DNA from: an uncultured delta proteobacterium | GTDB lineage: Bacteria; Myxococcota_A; Polyangia; Polyangiales; Polyangiaceae | Length of the DNA stretch: 64,000 nt | Direction: 5' to 3' | Assembly (NCBI GenBank): GCA_963850305.1 | Contig: CAWKKR010000008.1 | Span: 768,001-832,000 of the forward strand | Shown: positions 1 to 10,459 of the stretch, piece after piece | Position numbering within the stretch: the stretch's first letter is position 1 | Layout: the number at the start of each line of letters is the position of its first letter | Made by a program: the position numbers and the translations under genes | Notes under the pieces: generated by a model | What the model was told of the DNA's origin: nothing | Database searches by the model: none | Seen by the model: only the letters and a program-made list of their open reading frames with translations

Positions 1-519
1 ATCATGAGCGGGCACCCTTACGTCTACTGGCGCGGGACGAGCACGCGTCCGTCCGAGGAAGCCCTTTGGGACACCGCGCTCACCTCCGGACAGCGATTCA
101 TGGGCGTCGCCGTGGACGACATGCATCACCTCCGCGTGACCGCCGATCCACCGGCATATGCCGGGCGAGGCTGGGTTCAGATCTTCGCGACTCACAACGA
201 TCCCGGTACTGTCTGTGATGCCTTACGGCGCGGCGCGCTCTATTCTTCCGACGGCGTGTCGCTTCGGCGTATCCGGATCACCCGCAACACCTACAGCGTG
301 TGGCCCGCAACGTCCAACGTGGTCGTCAGTTTCATCGGCGCGCACGGAAAGATCCTGAGTCGCTCCGCGAACGTCGCGGCGGGGGAACCGGCCACCTACG
401 CGCTGGAGGGGGACGAGTCCTACGTAAGGGCCCGTGTCACCGCGCCGGACGGGACGCAGGCCTGGACCCCCGCCGTGTTCGTCGCGCCGGAGCTGCCGAC
501 GGCGGTCGCGAACCTCTGA
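1..519 (+). CDS. C-terminal part of a PHP-domain (CehA/McbA-like) metallohydrolase, running in from the window edge
   Basis: EALWDTALTSGQRFMGVAVDDMHH, ALRRGALYSSDG and YVRARV...AWTPAVFV resemble PHP-family C-terminal motifs. Confidence 0.7.
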   Translation: MMSGHPYVYWRGTSTRPSEEALWDTALTSGQRFMGVAVDDMHHLRVTADPPAYAGRGWVQIFATHNDPGTVCDALRRGALYSSDGVSLRRIRITRNTYSVWPATSNVVVSFIGAHGKILSRSANVAAGEPATYALEGDESYVRARVTAPDGTQAWTPAVFVAPELPTAVANL

Positions 520-606
520 GCAGCGCTCCTGGAATTCAGTGACTCGACGGCCGACGGGCCCCTTCTCGGTCAGGACGGGACCGGTGTCGCGTGGAACGCG
601 AAGAGT

Positions 607-912
607 CTCGGCGAGGATGCGTCCGTCCTCGGCCAGGATGCGTCCGTCCTCGGCGAGGATGCGTCCATCCTCGGCGAGGATGCGTCCGTCCTCGGCCAGG
701 ATGCGTCCGTCCTCGGCGAGGATGCGTCCGTCCTCGGCGAGGATGCGTCCGTCCTCGGCGAGGATGCGTCCGTCCTCGGCCAGGATGCGTTCGTCCTCGG
801 CCAGAATGCGTTCGTCCTCGGCCAGGATGCGTTCGTCCTCGGCCAGGATGCGTCCGTCCTCGGCCAGGATGCGTCCGTCCTCGGCGAGATCATGCACGTC
901 CTCGGCGAGATC
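607..912. repeat. 21-bp tandem repeat (CTCGGC[G/C]AGGATGCGTCCGTC), 13 conserved units plus 1-2 degenerate
   Basis: 21-bp periodicity seen directly; encodes the heptad ILAEDGR on the minus strand. Confidence 0.95.
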
Positions 913-935
913 AGTGCCTCCCTCGCCCTCGGATC

Positions 936-2486
936 TGAGCGACCGGGTGCCTGGGTGACGGAATAGACCGGGACCCTTGGTTACAGGTCCGGCTCTGTTC
1001 AATCACAGATTCGGTGCTGTGGGGACGTAAACCGGGTGCCTCTAAGACACAGACCGGGAAGCGCAACGACACGGACCGATCGCGAAGAGACAAAGCCTCA
1101 GCGAGCGAAGACGCTATCCGGGCGCAATCCGGGTTCGGGCTGACGGAGCCGGAGGCGACGGAAGCGCAGTCCGGGAGCGAGAGACGGACGCGGTAGATGG
1201 AGGGGGGCGGCTGAGCTCTGGGCTACGGCCGCTCGAGTCGCAGCTCGCCGTTGCGCAGGAGAACATGACCGAGGAGCACCGGGCCGTAGTGAAGGTCCCA
1301 CTCTTCCTCGTCGACCCGCTGAAGACCGAGCGGCTGATCGGTGAAGAGTGTGCTGACGGTCAGCTGCTTGCCCTTGAACTTCAGAACCCCGCTTGTGTTA
1401 ACTCGCCGCACGTCGAAATCGTCGCCGTAAGCGGGAGCTCGCAAACGCTCCGGCATGGGACGCAGCGACGGCTCGTAGTGTCGCGCAGGCGGCGTGAGGC
1501 CGAGCGCTTCGTGCGGACGATGGTCGTTGTAGTCGGCGCGAAAGCAATCGAAGGCGCGTTGCTGATCAATCGGCGTTGCAGCCGGTGGATTGGCGGTCTG
1601 CTCCTTGAGCGTCTTGTGCATGCGCTCGTGACGACCATTCTGTTGCGGTTGCCCTGGCTCGATGCGCTCGGGCACGATGCCGAGCTGAATCCACCACATG
1701 CTGAGGCGGGAAAGTCCGCCTAAAGCCTTGCTGGCGAACGGCGACCCGTTGTCCGAGCGAATGCGACGGGGCACTCCGAACTCGCGGAACGCGAGCTCGA
1801 ACTGCTCACGCACCGGTCCTTCTTTCTCACCGGGTAGCCCCTCGCATTTGACGAGGTACCGGCTCATCGCGTCGGTGATGGTCAACGGGTGGCAGCGGGT
1901 GCCATCGCCGCAAGCGAAGTGCCCCTTGAAGTCCGTGCACCAGACGTCGTTGGGCAGCTCGGCGTGGGCCAAGGGCTCCGTGCTCGGCGGAACACGAAGC
2001 CGCGAGCGGCGCGGACGCACGAGCCCGTAGCGATCCAGAATCTCACCGATCGTGCTCGCTGCGGGGAGAGCGAAGTCAGCACCATCGATGTCTCGGAGCC
2101 GGACGCGCAGCTTCTTGGGACCGTCGAATGGAAACCGCTTCCGCAGCGTGATGATCCGGTCGACCACGTCATCCGGCGTGCGGTGCGGGCAGCTCTTCGC
2201 GACCGACCTTTGGTCCTCGAGCCCCGCCGGGCCTAGCCGCTCGTACCGCTCCAGCCATTTGTAGCCCTTCGCCCGGCTGATGCCGAAGCTGGCGCACAGG
2301 CGGGTGAAGTTTCCCCTCGGGTCCTCCGCGACAGCCGCGATGAATCGAACTCGCTCGTCCACAATCCGGGCTTCCTTCCACGGCATGGCGGCAATTAGCC
2401 GTCAGCCCGCCGTCAGGCAGACCCGTCACCCAAAAAGTGTCACCCAGGGACCCGGTCTAAAGTGTCACCAGAGCACCCGGTTTGCA
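936..2486 (-). mobile_element. IS481-family insertion sequence (ends approximate)
   Basis: Transposase flanked by inverted subterminal repeats: ACCGGGTGCCTGGGTGAC (942) versus GTGTCACCCAGGGACCCGGT (2438) and GTGTCACCAGAGCACCCGGT-TTGCA (2462-2486). Confidence 0.8.
1223..2386 (-). CDS. IS481-family DDE transposase
   Basis: N-terminal HTH (FGISRAKGYKWLERY), rve core WCTDFKG...RSDNGSPF...QQNGRHERMHKTLK, YNDHRPHEAL. Confidence 0.95.
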   Translation of the reverse strand: MPWKEARIVDERVRFIAAVAEDPRGNFTRLCASFGISRAKGYKWLERYERLGPAGLEDQRSVAKSCPHRTPDDVVDRIITLRKRFPFDGPKKLRVRLRDIDGADFALPAASTIGEILDRYGLVRPRRSRLRVPPSTEPLAHAELPNDVWCTDFKGHFACGDGTRCHPLTITDAMSRYLVKCEGLPGEKEGPVREQFELAFREFGVPRRIRSDNGSPFASKALGGLSRLSMWWIQLGIVPERIEPGQPQQNGRHERMHKTLKEQTANPPAATPIDQQRAFDCFRADYNDHRPHEALGLTPPARHYEPSLRPMPERLRAPAYGDDFDVRRVNTSGVLKFKGKQLTVSTLFTDQPLGLQRVDEEEWDLHYGPVLLGHVLLRNGELRLERP

Positions 2487-2511
2487 CCGACCGAGCCATC
2501 ATTCAAAAGTG

Positions 2512-4219
2512 TCACTGAAGGACGCGGTCGACCTTCAGCTCGACGGCGCCCCCTCCCACGTACTTGTCGCGACCGAGCTCGCCGAGGGCAGTGACGGGCG
2601 CGTTGCTTCCGAGGCTCTTCGCGAGACTTCCGAGCGTGGCGCCGAAGCAGCGCAGCCGATTGCCCCCGTCGATCTGGAGCTCGAGCTTCAGGTGGCCGCC
2701 GCGAACTTCACGCGCGACGAGCACGCGACCCTCCACGACGAGGCGCGGCGCGGGGTTGCCCTGGCCGCAAGGTTCGAGTCGCTCGATGTCGAGCACGACG
2801 TTCCGCGGCTCGTCGTCGGGGACCAGGCGGACGGCGTCCCGCGGATCATCTACCGAAAGGGGCGGACCTTGTGCCTCGATCGCGCGTTCGAAGGCCGAAC
2901 GCAGCTCGGCGAGGCGTTCGACGCGAACCTCGAGACCGGCGGCGGCCTGGTGACCGCCGAAGCGATCGAGCACGGGCCCGATGCTCGCGAGCGCGTCGTG
3001 AAGGCGCGCGCCTTTCGGACCGCGGACGGAGCCGCGACCCGCGCCCCGGTCGAACCCGACGACCACGACGGGTCGCGCGTAACGGTCCGAGAGACGACCC
3101 GCGACGATGCCGACGATGCCGGAGCTCCACCCCTCGCGGCCGACGACGATCGCCGGCCGCTCCGCGAAACCGTCGCGCTCGATTTCGTCGATCGCTTCGG
3201 CCGTCATGGCCTCTTGAAGCGCACGTCGTTCGACCGACAGGGCCTCGACGCGCGCGGCAATGTCCCGAGCGCCGGCGTCCGAGCGGGCCAGCAGCAACTC
3301 GAGCGCGAGATCCGGGGGCCCGAGCCGGCCCGGCGCGTTGAGCCTCGGCGCGAACCGAAACGCAACGTCCCGCGCGACGATCGGCGAAGAGCCGTCGAGC
3401 TGCACGAATTCGGCCAGCGCGCGGAGACCGGGGCGTGCCGAGGGCGCGCCGAGCGCCGCGAGACCGGCGCGAACGAGGGCGCGATTGTCGCCGTCGAGCG
3501 GCGCGACGTCCGCGATCGTTCCGATGGCGACGAGGTCGAGCCACTGTCTCGAAATCGAGATTTTTGCCGAGCGCGGTCCGGAGCGCGGCGGCGAGACTCA
3601 GCGCGAGTCCGCACGAGGCCAGCCCCTTGTACGCGAAGCCGCAGTCCGGGCGATGCGGATTCAGAAACGCGACGGCGGGCAGCGGCTCATCCGGGACCAG
3701 GTGATGATCGATGACGACCGTATCGAGACCGCGCTCCTTCAGGACAGCCAGCGACGGATGGTCGGACGAACCGCAGTCGCACGTGACCAGGACGCTCGCG
3801 CCGCTCGCGAGGATCCGGTCGCATGCAGCGGCGGAGACGCCGTAACCGCCGTCGAAGCGACTGGCGAGCAACGGCGTGACCTCGCCTCCGAGCGCCCGGA
3901 GCACCTCCGTCATTATGGCCGTGCTGGTGATGCCGTCGCAGTCGTAGTCCCCGAATACGGCGATGCGCTCGCCGGAGCGAATGGCCCGCGCGAGGCGCTC
4001 CGCGGCGATGCTTCGATCGGCCATGGCGTCGGGCGCCGACAGATGCGACAGCTTCGGGTCGAGGTAGCGACGCGTGGCATCCGAACCATCGTAGCCGCGG
4101 CGATGGAGCCACGCGGCAATGGTCGTGGTCAGGTTGAGGGATCGCCCGAGCGTACGCGCCTCGGAGCTGGCGGGCTCGGGTAACGCAGATCGAGAGAACG
4201 CGACGGTCGGGGCCACCAT
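2512..4219 (-). CDS. recJ: ssDNA-specific exonuclease RecJ, +1 frameshift near 3551
   Basis: DHH motifs GDYDCDGITS, TCDCG, IDHH; DHHA1 motifs GRGSVRG, FGGHQAAAG, LEPCGQGNP; split over two frames. Confidence 0.92.
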
Positions 4220-4270
4220 GATGGACTCATCGAGCTAATGCTCGGACGAGTTTCCGGTGTCAATCGCGCT

Positions 4271-5503
4271 TCAGACGACCGATTCTTCCTTCTTCCGTGC
4301 CCGGGGGCGGTTGTCGCGGACACCGCGGCCACCTTTGGTCGCGAAGAAACGGCGATCCAGCCACCAGGTGATCGGGAGCGCGACGTACACCGAGGAGTAC
4401 GTGCCGAAGACGACGCCGACGATGAGGGCGAGAGCGAAATCCTTCAACGGGCCGGTGCCCCAGATGAAGAAGGCCAGGAGGCTCATGACGACGGTCGAGC
4501 TGGTGAGGATGGTCCTCCCGAGCATCTCGGAGATGCTCGTGTCGATGATCGATTCGAAGGTCGCGCCGCGCATGACCCCGAAATTCTCTCGCACGCGGTC
4601 GTACACGATGACGGTGTCGTTCACGCTGTAGCCGACGACGGTCAGGATGGCGGCGACCGTCGTCAGGTTCACCTCGCGATGGAACGCGATGAGAATGCCG
4701 AGCGTCCCGAGCGCGTCGTGCGCGAGCGAGATGACCGCGCCTGGTGCAAACCTGAGATCGAACCGGAACGCGATGTAGACCATGATGAAGACCAGCGCGA
4801 TCGCGATGCTCTTCAGCGCCGAATCGCGAAGCTGTGCCCCCGCCTTCGGACCGATCCACTCGACGCGAAGGGCCGTGTCGGGCACGCGGTCCGATCCGAG
4901 CCTCGTCCGCAGCCCGTCCAGGAGCTGGTCGCCCTTGCTCTTGAGCTGGATCTCGACGCGATTGTCGTGGGCGTTCTGGACCGTCGGATTGTTCTCTCCC
5001 TCGCGGAGAACGACGCCGGGCACCGTCGCCATGCGCTTTTTCACCCAGGCGAGGTCCGGGGTCGAACGGAACCTCAGGGCGATCTTGTCGCCGCCGGGAC
5101 TCACCTTGAGCTCCGTCGCGCGCCTGTCGTCGGGGCACGTCGCTGCCGGAGCGTCGTCACCGACGCACAGAGCGCGCGCGAGCTCGAGCTGCTTCGCCGG
5201 ACCGATCGTGGACACTTCCTGGACGCGGATCAGATAGCGGTTCTTCGCGGAGTTCTCCGCGACGCGGATCACCTCCGGCGCGGAAAAGCCGGATGCCTTC
5301 ACCGCGTCGCGGATCTCCTTCGGCCCCGTCTCCTTCTTGAACTCGACCTCGATCTCCGTGCCTCCCTTGAAGTCGGTGCCGAGGTCCGGCCCTGGCTAGA
5401 CGATGAGCACGGCGGCGGTCAGCGTCATCAGCATGCTGATGACCGCGAACATCCGTCGCTGCCCCATGAAGTCGAAGACGCGGCCAACCGGGAAAATCTG
5501 CAT
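4271..5503 (-). CDS. secF: Protein translocase subunit SecF, with in-frame TAG at 5396-5398
   Basis: LGTDFKGGTEIE, IGPKAGAQLR, GYSVNDTVIVYDRVRE, GTYSSVYVA; ATG at 5503 is in frame with the stop at 4271. Confidence 0.93.
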
Positions 5504-5506
5504 GGC

Positions 5507-7613
5507 TCAGCCCATGTCCAGTTTTGCGTTGCGGTCGATGTTGCGGACCCAGAAGTCGAACACCACCCGCGTGACCAGCACGCCGGTGAAGATGCTCGCG
5601 ATGACGCCGACGATGAGCGTCACCGCGAAGCCCTTGACCGGCCCGGTGCCGAACTGCGCGAGCACGATGCCGGAGATGAACGTCGTGACGTGGCCGTCGA
5701 TGATCGCGGACAGCGCGCGCGCATAGCCGATCTCGACCGCCGTGCGCGGACTCTTGCCGGCGCGGAGCTCATCGCGGATGCGCTCGTTGATGAGCACGTT
5801 CGCGTCGACGCTCATGCCGATGGTGAGCGCGAGGCCCGGCGATGCCGGGCAGGGTCATGGACGCATCGAACGACGCGAGCACCGCGAGCTGCAGGAACAG
5901 GTTCAGCGCGACGGCGAAGTCCGCGACGATGCCTGCACGATGGTAGTAGAGAATCATGAACGCGAGCACGAGCACGCTGCCGGCGAGCGCGCCCTGGATC
6001 GCGAGCCGGATCGCGTCGCGACCGAGCGAAGGCCCGATGTGCTGCTCGTTCGACGGCGTGATCGGCGCGGGCAGCGCGCCGGAGCGCAGCACGAGCTCGA
6101 GCTTCTTCGCTTCTTGCAGCTGCATCTCCGGGTCGCTCGCGCCCATGGTGATCGTCGCGTGACCGCCCGGAATACGCGTCTGGATGACCGGGGCGCTCTC
6201 GACTCGCTTGTCGAGGATGATCGCGAAGCGGCGCTTGATGTTCTCGCCCGTGATGCGCTCGAAGATCCGCCCACCCTGGTCGGTGAAGGTGAGCGCGACG
6301 TGCCACTGGCCGAATCCGCCGCGACTCTGGTCGGGCTGCGCGGAGGCGTCGCGGATCATGTCGCCGGTGATCTCCGCGCGGCTCTTGAGGAAGAACGTGC
6401 GCCAGCCGGCCTCCGTCTGCTTGAGCGTCACCGGATTGGTGTCGTAGACGAGCTCGTACCCGATCTCGCGATCCTGGGGGACGTCCAGCGTCGCGATCCA
6501 CTCCTTGAGGCGAGCCAGGGCTTGCTGGCTCGTCTCCTTGTCCCCGCGCTTGATGAACGCGTAGGTGTCCGTCTTCGATTTCGTTTCGCCGGAGTCGTCC
6601 TGTCCGACGGGGACGCTCTCGCGCTCGAACTTGAGACCCTCCGGGAGGCTTTCGGGCGCCGTATTCTTCGCGATGGGGCCGAAGAAATCCGTGTCGTCGT
6701 CGAGCAGCTTGAACTCCAGCCGCGCGGTCTGACTGATGATGTCGCGGATGTTCCGGAAGCTCGCCTCGTTCTCGCCGGGGACCTCGATGATGATGTCTTC
6801 GTCGCGGGTGGATACGCTGGCCTCGCGGAGGCCCATCTCGTCGATGCGGCGGTGAACGATGTCCTTCGCCTGACCGACCGCGCGCTCCCGGATCTGACTC
6901 TCGACGCCGTCCTTGATCCGGAACTCGAACGTGCGTCCGTCGGAGCTCCGGGAGAACGCGAGGTCGCCGCGAAACTGATCGAGGAAACGGGTGTCGATCT
7001 TCGACGAATCCGCGGCATCCGCGAGCGTGAGGGTGATGCGCGACACGTCGTTCCGCGGAGCGACGACCGTGACCTTGGCTCGGAGCTTTGCGTATTCCGC
7101 GTCCGTCGGCCGGCTATCGCCGGAATGGAAGCCGAAGATCTTCGCGAGCTCGACCTGCATGTCTTCGTAGTACCGGTCACGCTTGTCGCGGATCGCCTCA
7201 CCCACGTCGACCGTGTAGACGAGGCGCATGCCGCCGCGGAGATCGAGACCCGCAACGAGGCGGAACGCGACGCGCTGCTCGACCCAGCGAGGGCACGGGA
7301 TCTTCCCGTTCGTCATGACGTCGAGCGACGGCCACAGCGCAAGACACGCGAAGGCGCCGGCCGTCATCACGAGGCTGAAGCGCATCCGCCAGTTCAGATC
7401 CGCGAAGTGCAGGCCGCCGACGAAGCCCCAGAGCGACGCCACGGCGAACGACGCCATCGTCCAGAACGAGTCGTAGTGAGCGCCCAGGGCCGCCGCCGCC
7501 GCGCAGCCCGCGCCGAGCCAGAACGCGAGGCGGCGCGTTCTGTCCGCGTAGCCCCAAGCGAGCAGGATCGCCGAAAAGCCGGCGAGGATGTACTGAAGGA
7601 CGATACTGACCAC
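5507..7613 (-). CDS. secD: Protein translocase subunit SecD, frameshift near 5836
   Basis: GLDLRGG, LRSGALPAP, IGPSLGRDAI, TLPGIAG, MSVDANVLINERIRDE, GPVKGFAVTL. Confidence 0.93.
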
Positions 7614-7634
7614 GGGAGTGCGCGACCCCGTCCC

Positions 7635-8054
7635 TTACGTCTTCTTCTCGGACGCGGGCTCGTCCTTTTTACCGTCGTCGGTGTCGCGGCCCGTGAGGCT
7701 CGTCCGGAGAATCTGGACCTTCACGCCCGGGGCAATCTCGAGCTTCGCGTACCGCGGCTCGATGTCGACCAGGCGCCCGACGAGCCCGCTCTGAGTGATC
7801 ACCCGATCGCCCTTCTTCAAGTCTGCAACCGCCGCATCCTGCTTTTTCTGCTGGGAACGGCTGGACCAGAAGATGAAGACGAGCATCCCGACCAGAAGGA
7901 GCGGAAACAGCATCCCGAAGGGACCCGCGCCAGGAGCAGGTGGCGGGTTGTCACCGGCGGGTGGGGATTTATCCGGGACCTGCGTCGTGATGGGAGTGCC
8001 CGCCCGACCGGGCGCGGGCGGTACGGCCTGAAATGCAAAAACCGCGAAATCCAA
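7635..8054 (-). CDS. yajC: Preprotein translocase subunit YajC
   Basis: One TM segment then LKKGDRVITQSGLVG; directly upstream of secD; TTG start preceded by GGAGG. Confidence 0.9.
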   Translation of the reverse strand: MDFAVFAFQAVPPAPGRAGTPITTQVPDKSPPAGDNPPPAPGAGPFGMLFPLLLVGMLVFIFWSSRSQQKKQDAAVADLKKGDRVITQSGLVGRLVDIEPRYAKLEIAPGVKVQILRTSLTGRDTDDGKKDEPASEKKT

Positions 8055-8230
8055 GGCGCCTCCGAGGGGCGGGCTATTACCGGGTTTCCGGTGACCGCGC
8101 AAGCTGAGGCTCCGATGGAGCCGGTGGGCCCCCGCGAGACCGCTCGTCGATGGCTCCACCATCGCGCGGGTCGGATTGACAGGCAGGTAACCGGGAGGTA
8201 GACGGGTCGCCCTGTTTGTCGAATCGATTC

Positions 8231-8302
<72 letters not shown>

Positions 8303-8402
8303 CAAGAATGGCCTCCCTCGACATGCTTTTACGCGGTCTTTCTTCGTCGTCTGTACCGTACTGCCCGCGTTCCGACGTGTCCCGCATGTCGTTCCTTTGG
8401 CA

Positions 8403-10412
8403 ATGAGCGGCGCGCTTCGGACGCCACGTGAGCTGCTGGCGGAGCGCCGTCAGCTCGACGACGCCGTGATTGCGGTGAAGACGGGCCAGGGGCTCGTGGA
8501 TCTGTTCACGCCGATCGATCCCGAGGCGCCCTTCGAAATCGTCCGCGACGGCGACGCAAACGCCCTCGAGATCGTCCGGCACTCGACGTCCCACGTCATG
8601 GCGCAGGCCGTGCAGCGCCTCTTCCCGGGTACCCAGGTGACGATCGGTCCCGCGATCGAGAACGGCTTTTACTACGACTTCGACAAGGCCGACGGCGCGT
8701 TCACCGATCAGGATCTCCTCAAGATCGAAAAGGAGATGAAGCGACTCATCGCGCTGAATCTGCCCTTTCACCGGAAGGTCGTGAGCCGCGACGAAGCCCG
8801 GCGGCTCTTCGACGGCATGGGCGAGAAGTACAAGCTCGAGCTCATCGACGCGATCCCCGAAGGGGAGGAGATCAGTCTCTACTGGCACGGTAAGGACGAC
8901 GAACCGACCACGCAGTGGACGGATCTCTGCAGCGGGCCTCACGTTCCCTCGACTAAGCACCTCGGCGTGGTGAAGCTCACGAGCGTCGCGGGCGCGTACT
9001 GGCGCGGCGACGAGCGGAACCCGATGCTCCAGCGCATCTACGGCACCGCTTTCACGACCCAGGCGGACCTCGACCTGCATCTGAAGATGCTCGAGGAGGC
9101 GCGAGCCCGGGATCACCGGAAGCTCGGCAAAGAGCTCGAGCTCTTCACGTTCCACGAGTGGGCGCCGGCGATGCCGTTCTTCTTGCCGCGCGGCGCGTTC
9201 GTCTACAACCAGCTCGTCGCGTTCACGCGGCAGCTCTACGCCGAATACGGGTACGAGGAGGTCATCAGCCCGCAGATCTTCGATCGCCGGCTGTTCGAGA
9301 CCAGCGGACATCTGCCGAACTACCGCGAGAACATGTATTTCCCGGCCACGCCGGATGATCTGGACGACCTGGGGTTCCTCGCGAATCCGTCCGAGGGGAT
9401 GAAGGCCGAAGATGTCCCGAAGGCGCGCGAGCTCTCGAGGAGTGCCGTCGCCAAGCTCGAATCCCTCGTCCAGAAGCCGATGAATTGCCCGGGGCACTGC
9501 TTGCTCTTCGGGCAGCGACGGCGGAGTTATCGCGAGCTTCCGTGGCGCGTCGCGGATTTCGGACGGCTTCACCGGTACGAGCGCGGCGGCGTCGTGCACG
9601 GCCTGACGCGCGTGCGCAGCTTCTCGCAGGACGACGCGCACATCTTCTGCACGCCCGAACAGGCGAAGGGAGAAATCGCGTCGTTCAACCGCTTGCTCTT
9701 CGACGTGTACGAGGCGTTCGGGTTCACGGACCTGTCGATCAAGCTCGCGCTCCGCCCCGAAAAGCGCATCGGGTCCGACGAGCAGTGGGACGTGGCGGAA
9801 AAGACGCTCGCCGACGTCCTGCGGGAATCGAATCTCGAGTTCGAGTCATTGCCGAACGAAGGCGCCATCTACGGTCCGAAGATCGAATTCCACGTGAAGG
9901 ATGCAATCCGGCGAAGCTGGCAGCTCGGTACCATCCAGCTCGACACCGCTCTGCCCGAGCGCTTCCGCCTGGAGTACGTGGGGCAAGACGGCGCGGCGCA
10001 CACCCCGGTGATGCTTCATCGTGCCATCCTGGGAAGTCTCGAGCGGTTCTTCGGAATTTACATCGAACACGTCGCAGGAAAGTTCCCGGTCTGGATTGCG
10101 CCGGAGCAGGCCGTGCTCGTGACGGTGAGCGAGAGGCAAACCGAGTACGCTCGCCGGATGCACGCAGACCTTCGAGCGCGCGGCCTACGCGTCACCATCG
10201 ACGACGGCGCCGACAAGCTCGGCGCGAAGATCCGAAACGCACGACTCTCGCGGGTGCCGTACATCGCCGTCATCGGCGAGAAAGAAGTCGAGGCGAACGC
10301 CGTGGCTCCGAAGACGAGCGATGGCACCGACCTCGGCACGATGCCGGTGAGCGTCTTCACGGAACGCCTTCTCGCCGAAGCGCGTCCACCCCGACTCAAG
10401 CATCCCCAATGA
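8403..10412 (+). CDS. thrS: Threonine--tRNA ligase
   Basis: RHSTSHVMAQAV, DLCSGPHV, AGAYWRG, RDHRKLG, KPMNCPGH, GLTRVRSFSQDDAH, HRAILGSLERF. Confidence 0.98.
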   Translation: MSGALRTPRELLAERRQLDDAVIAVKTGQGLVDLFTPIDPEAPFEIVRDGDANALEIVRHSTSHVMAQAVQRLFPGTQVTIGPAIENGFYYDFDKADGAFTDQDLLKIEKEMKRLIALNLPFHRKVVSRDEARRLFDGMGEKYKLELIDAIPEGEEISLYWHGKDDEPTTQWTDLCSGPHVPSTKHLGVVKLTSVAGAYWRGDERNPMLQRIYGTAFTTQADLDLHLKMLEEARARDHRKLGKELELFTFHEWAPAMPFFLPRGAFVYNQLVAFTRQLYAEYGYEEVISPQIFDRRLFETSGHLPNYRENMYFPATPDDLDDLGFLANPSEGMKAEDVPKARELSRSAVAKLESLVQKPMNCPGHCLLFGQRRRSYRELPWRVADFGRLHRYERGGVVHGLTRVRSFSQDDAHIFCTPEQAKGEIASFNRLLFDVYEAFGFTDLSIKLALRPEKRIGSDEQWDVAEKTLADVLRESNLEFESLPNEGAIYGPKIEFHVKDAIRRSWQLGTIQLDTALPERFRLEYVGQDGAAHTPVMLHRAILGSLERFFGIYIEHVAGKFPVWIAPEQAVLVTVSERQTEYARRMHADLRARGLRVTIDDGADKLGAKIRNARLSRVPYIAVIGEKEVEANAVAPKTSDGTDLGTMPVSVFTERLLAEARPPRLKHPQ

Positions 10413-10459
10413 GCTGGGGCCGACTGCCCCGGAGAAAGAACAGGTAAGAGAGAGCACGC

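Noticed and set aside
5742..8201. Long antisense ORFs (5742-8201, 4238-5959, 14350-16116, 51634-53226 and others)
   Set aside because: They are shadow frames of real genes in high-GC DNA with no recognisable motifs
9331..9480. Intein in ThrRS
   Set aside because: Too short and lacks the N-terminal Cys/Ser and C-terminal His-Asn motifs
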